Positions 62,729 to 64,000 of a stretch of DNA of 64,000 nucleotides are shown piece by piece. Position 1 is the stretch's first letter, and every line of letters begins with the position of its first letter. The translations under genes were made by a program, and so were the position numbers. The notes beneath the pieces were generated by a model, which searched no databases, had not been told where the DNA came from, and worked only from the letters and a program-made list of their open reading frames with translations. Source of the stretch: Mobula birostris (taxonomy: Eukaryota). The DNA lies in the NCBI RefSeq assembly GCF_030028105.1, contig NC_092382.1:21865792-21929791 (forward strand), written 5' to 3'.

Positions 62729-64000
62729 AGGGGTGCGTTTTTTTTACACAGAGTGGTGAGTGCGTGGAATGGGCTGCCGGCGACTGTGATGAAGCCGGAT
62801 ACAATAGGGTCTTTTAAGAGGTTCCTGGATAGGTACATGGTGCGTAGAAAAATAGAGGGCTATGGGGAACTCCAGATAATTTCTAAAGTAATGTTCGGCA
62901 CAGCATTGTGGGCCGAAGGGCCTGTATTGTGCTGTATTGTATTCTGTATTCTGTATTGTATACATGGGGAAGTCACTTACCCATGACCTCTGGTTGTCGT
63001 CCCACCCAACATCAATGGAAAAAGCTGCTTGCATTTACCCTATCTATACCCTCATACTTTTGTACACTTCCAACAAGTCCTCAAAACAATGTATAATTTC
63101 CTTGTTTATGCTTAGAGCCTTTTTCAGATGGATAAGATGATGAGGGGCATTGATCATGTGGATAGCCAGAGGTTTTTACCCAGGGCTGAAATGGCTAACA
63201 CGAGGGGCATAGTTTTAAAGTGCTTGGAAGTAGGTACCGAGGGGATGTCAGGGGTATCTTTTCTTACACAGAGAGTGGTGGATGCGTGGAATGCACTGCC
63301 AGCAGCGGTGGTCGAGGCTGATAAAATAGGGTATTTTAACAGCCTCCTAGATAGGTATATAGAGCTCAGTAAAATAGAGGTCTATGTGCTAGGGAAATTC
63401 TAGGCAGTTTCCAGAGTAAGTTTCATGGTTGGCACAACATTGTGGGCTGAATGGCCTGGAATATGCTGTAGATTTCTATGTTCGATGTTGAACAGTGAAA
63501 TAACTTTGACTATCCTACAATCCTCTGATTACTCTCCTGTCACTAAGGATGATTTAATTATCTCTGCTGGGGCCCTGACAATTTCTGCACTTGCCTCCCG
63601 TAGGGTCCGAGGGAGCACCCTGTCATGCCCCGGAGATTTATCCAGCCTAATCTGCCTCAGGATAGCAAACATCTCCTCTTCTTTAATCTGTACAGGGCCC
63701 ACGATTTTAATGCCGCTTTTCCACACTCCCATACACTCTTTGTCCACCTCCTGAGTAGAAACCATAGAAAAACTACAGCACAGAAACAGGCCTTTTGGCC
63801 CTGCTTGGCTGTGCCAAACCATTTTCTGCCTAGTCCCACTGACCTGCACACGGACCATATCTCTCCATACACCTCCCATCCATGTAGCTGTCCAATTTAT
63901 TCTTAAATGTTAAAATAGAACCCGCATTTACCACCTCGTTTGCCAGCTTATTCCATACTCCCACCACTCTCTGTGTGAAGAAGCCCACCCCTAATGTTCC

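Overview
This is eukaryotic, repeat-rich genomic DNA. The gene families and repeat content point to a cartilaginous fish, probably a batoid (ray); this is inferred from recognised protein motifs, not proven. Four gene-level items are present. (1) The 5' coding exons of a minus-strand NLR-type gene (short leader plus death-fold/CARD-like exons at 804-3352; the NACHT exon would lie left of the window), preceded by a triplicated ~1.5-kb unit in which each copy carries a small exon-like segment with a splice donor. (2) Two two-exon GPR139-like orphan class-A GPCR genes: a pseudogene on + (15168-18888) and an intact 326-aa gene on - (50319-52739). (3) A C2H2 zinc-finger gene with 13 intact tandem fingers (35172-36362) and a decayed ZNF remnant (~23.4-24.1 kb). 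(4) The duplicated promoter/first exon of a further ZNF paralogue (~59.5-63.3 kb), which carries a ~650-bp G-rich minisatellite. The rest is mostly transposon debris: CR1, Rex/Babar, RTE, L1 and Penelope retroelements (the last with minimal hammerhead ribozyme motifs), Gypsy and solo LTRs, hAT and Tc1/mariner elements, and SINEs. There is one 171-N assembly gap. The main candidate system is an interdigitated birth-and-death cluster of NLR, orphan GPCR and effector-less ZNF genes. Most ORFs in the supplied track are repeat fragments or chance frames. No rRNA, true tRNA or CRISPR array was found.
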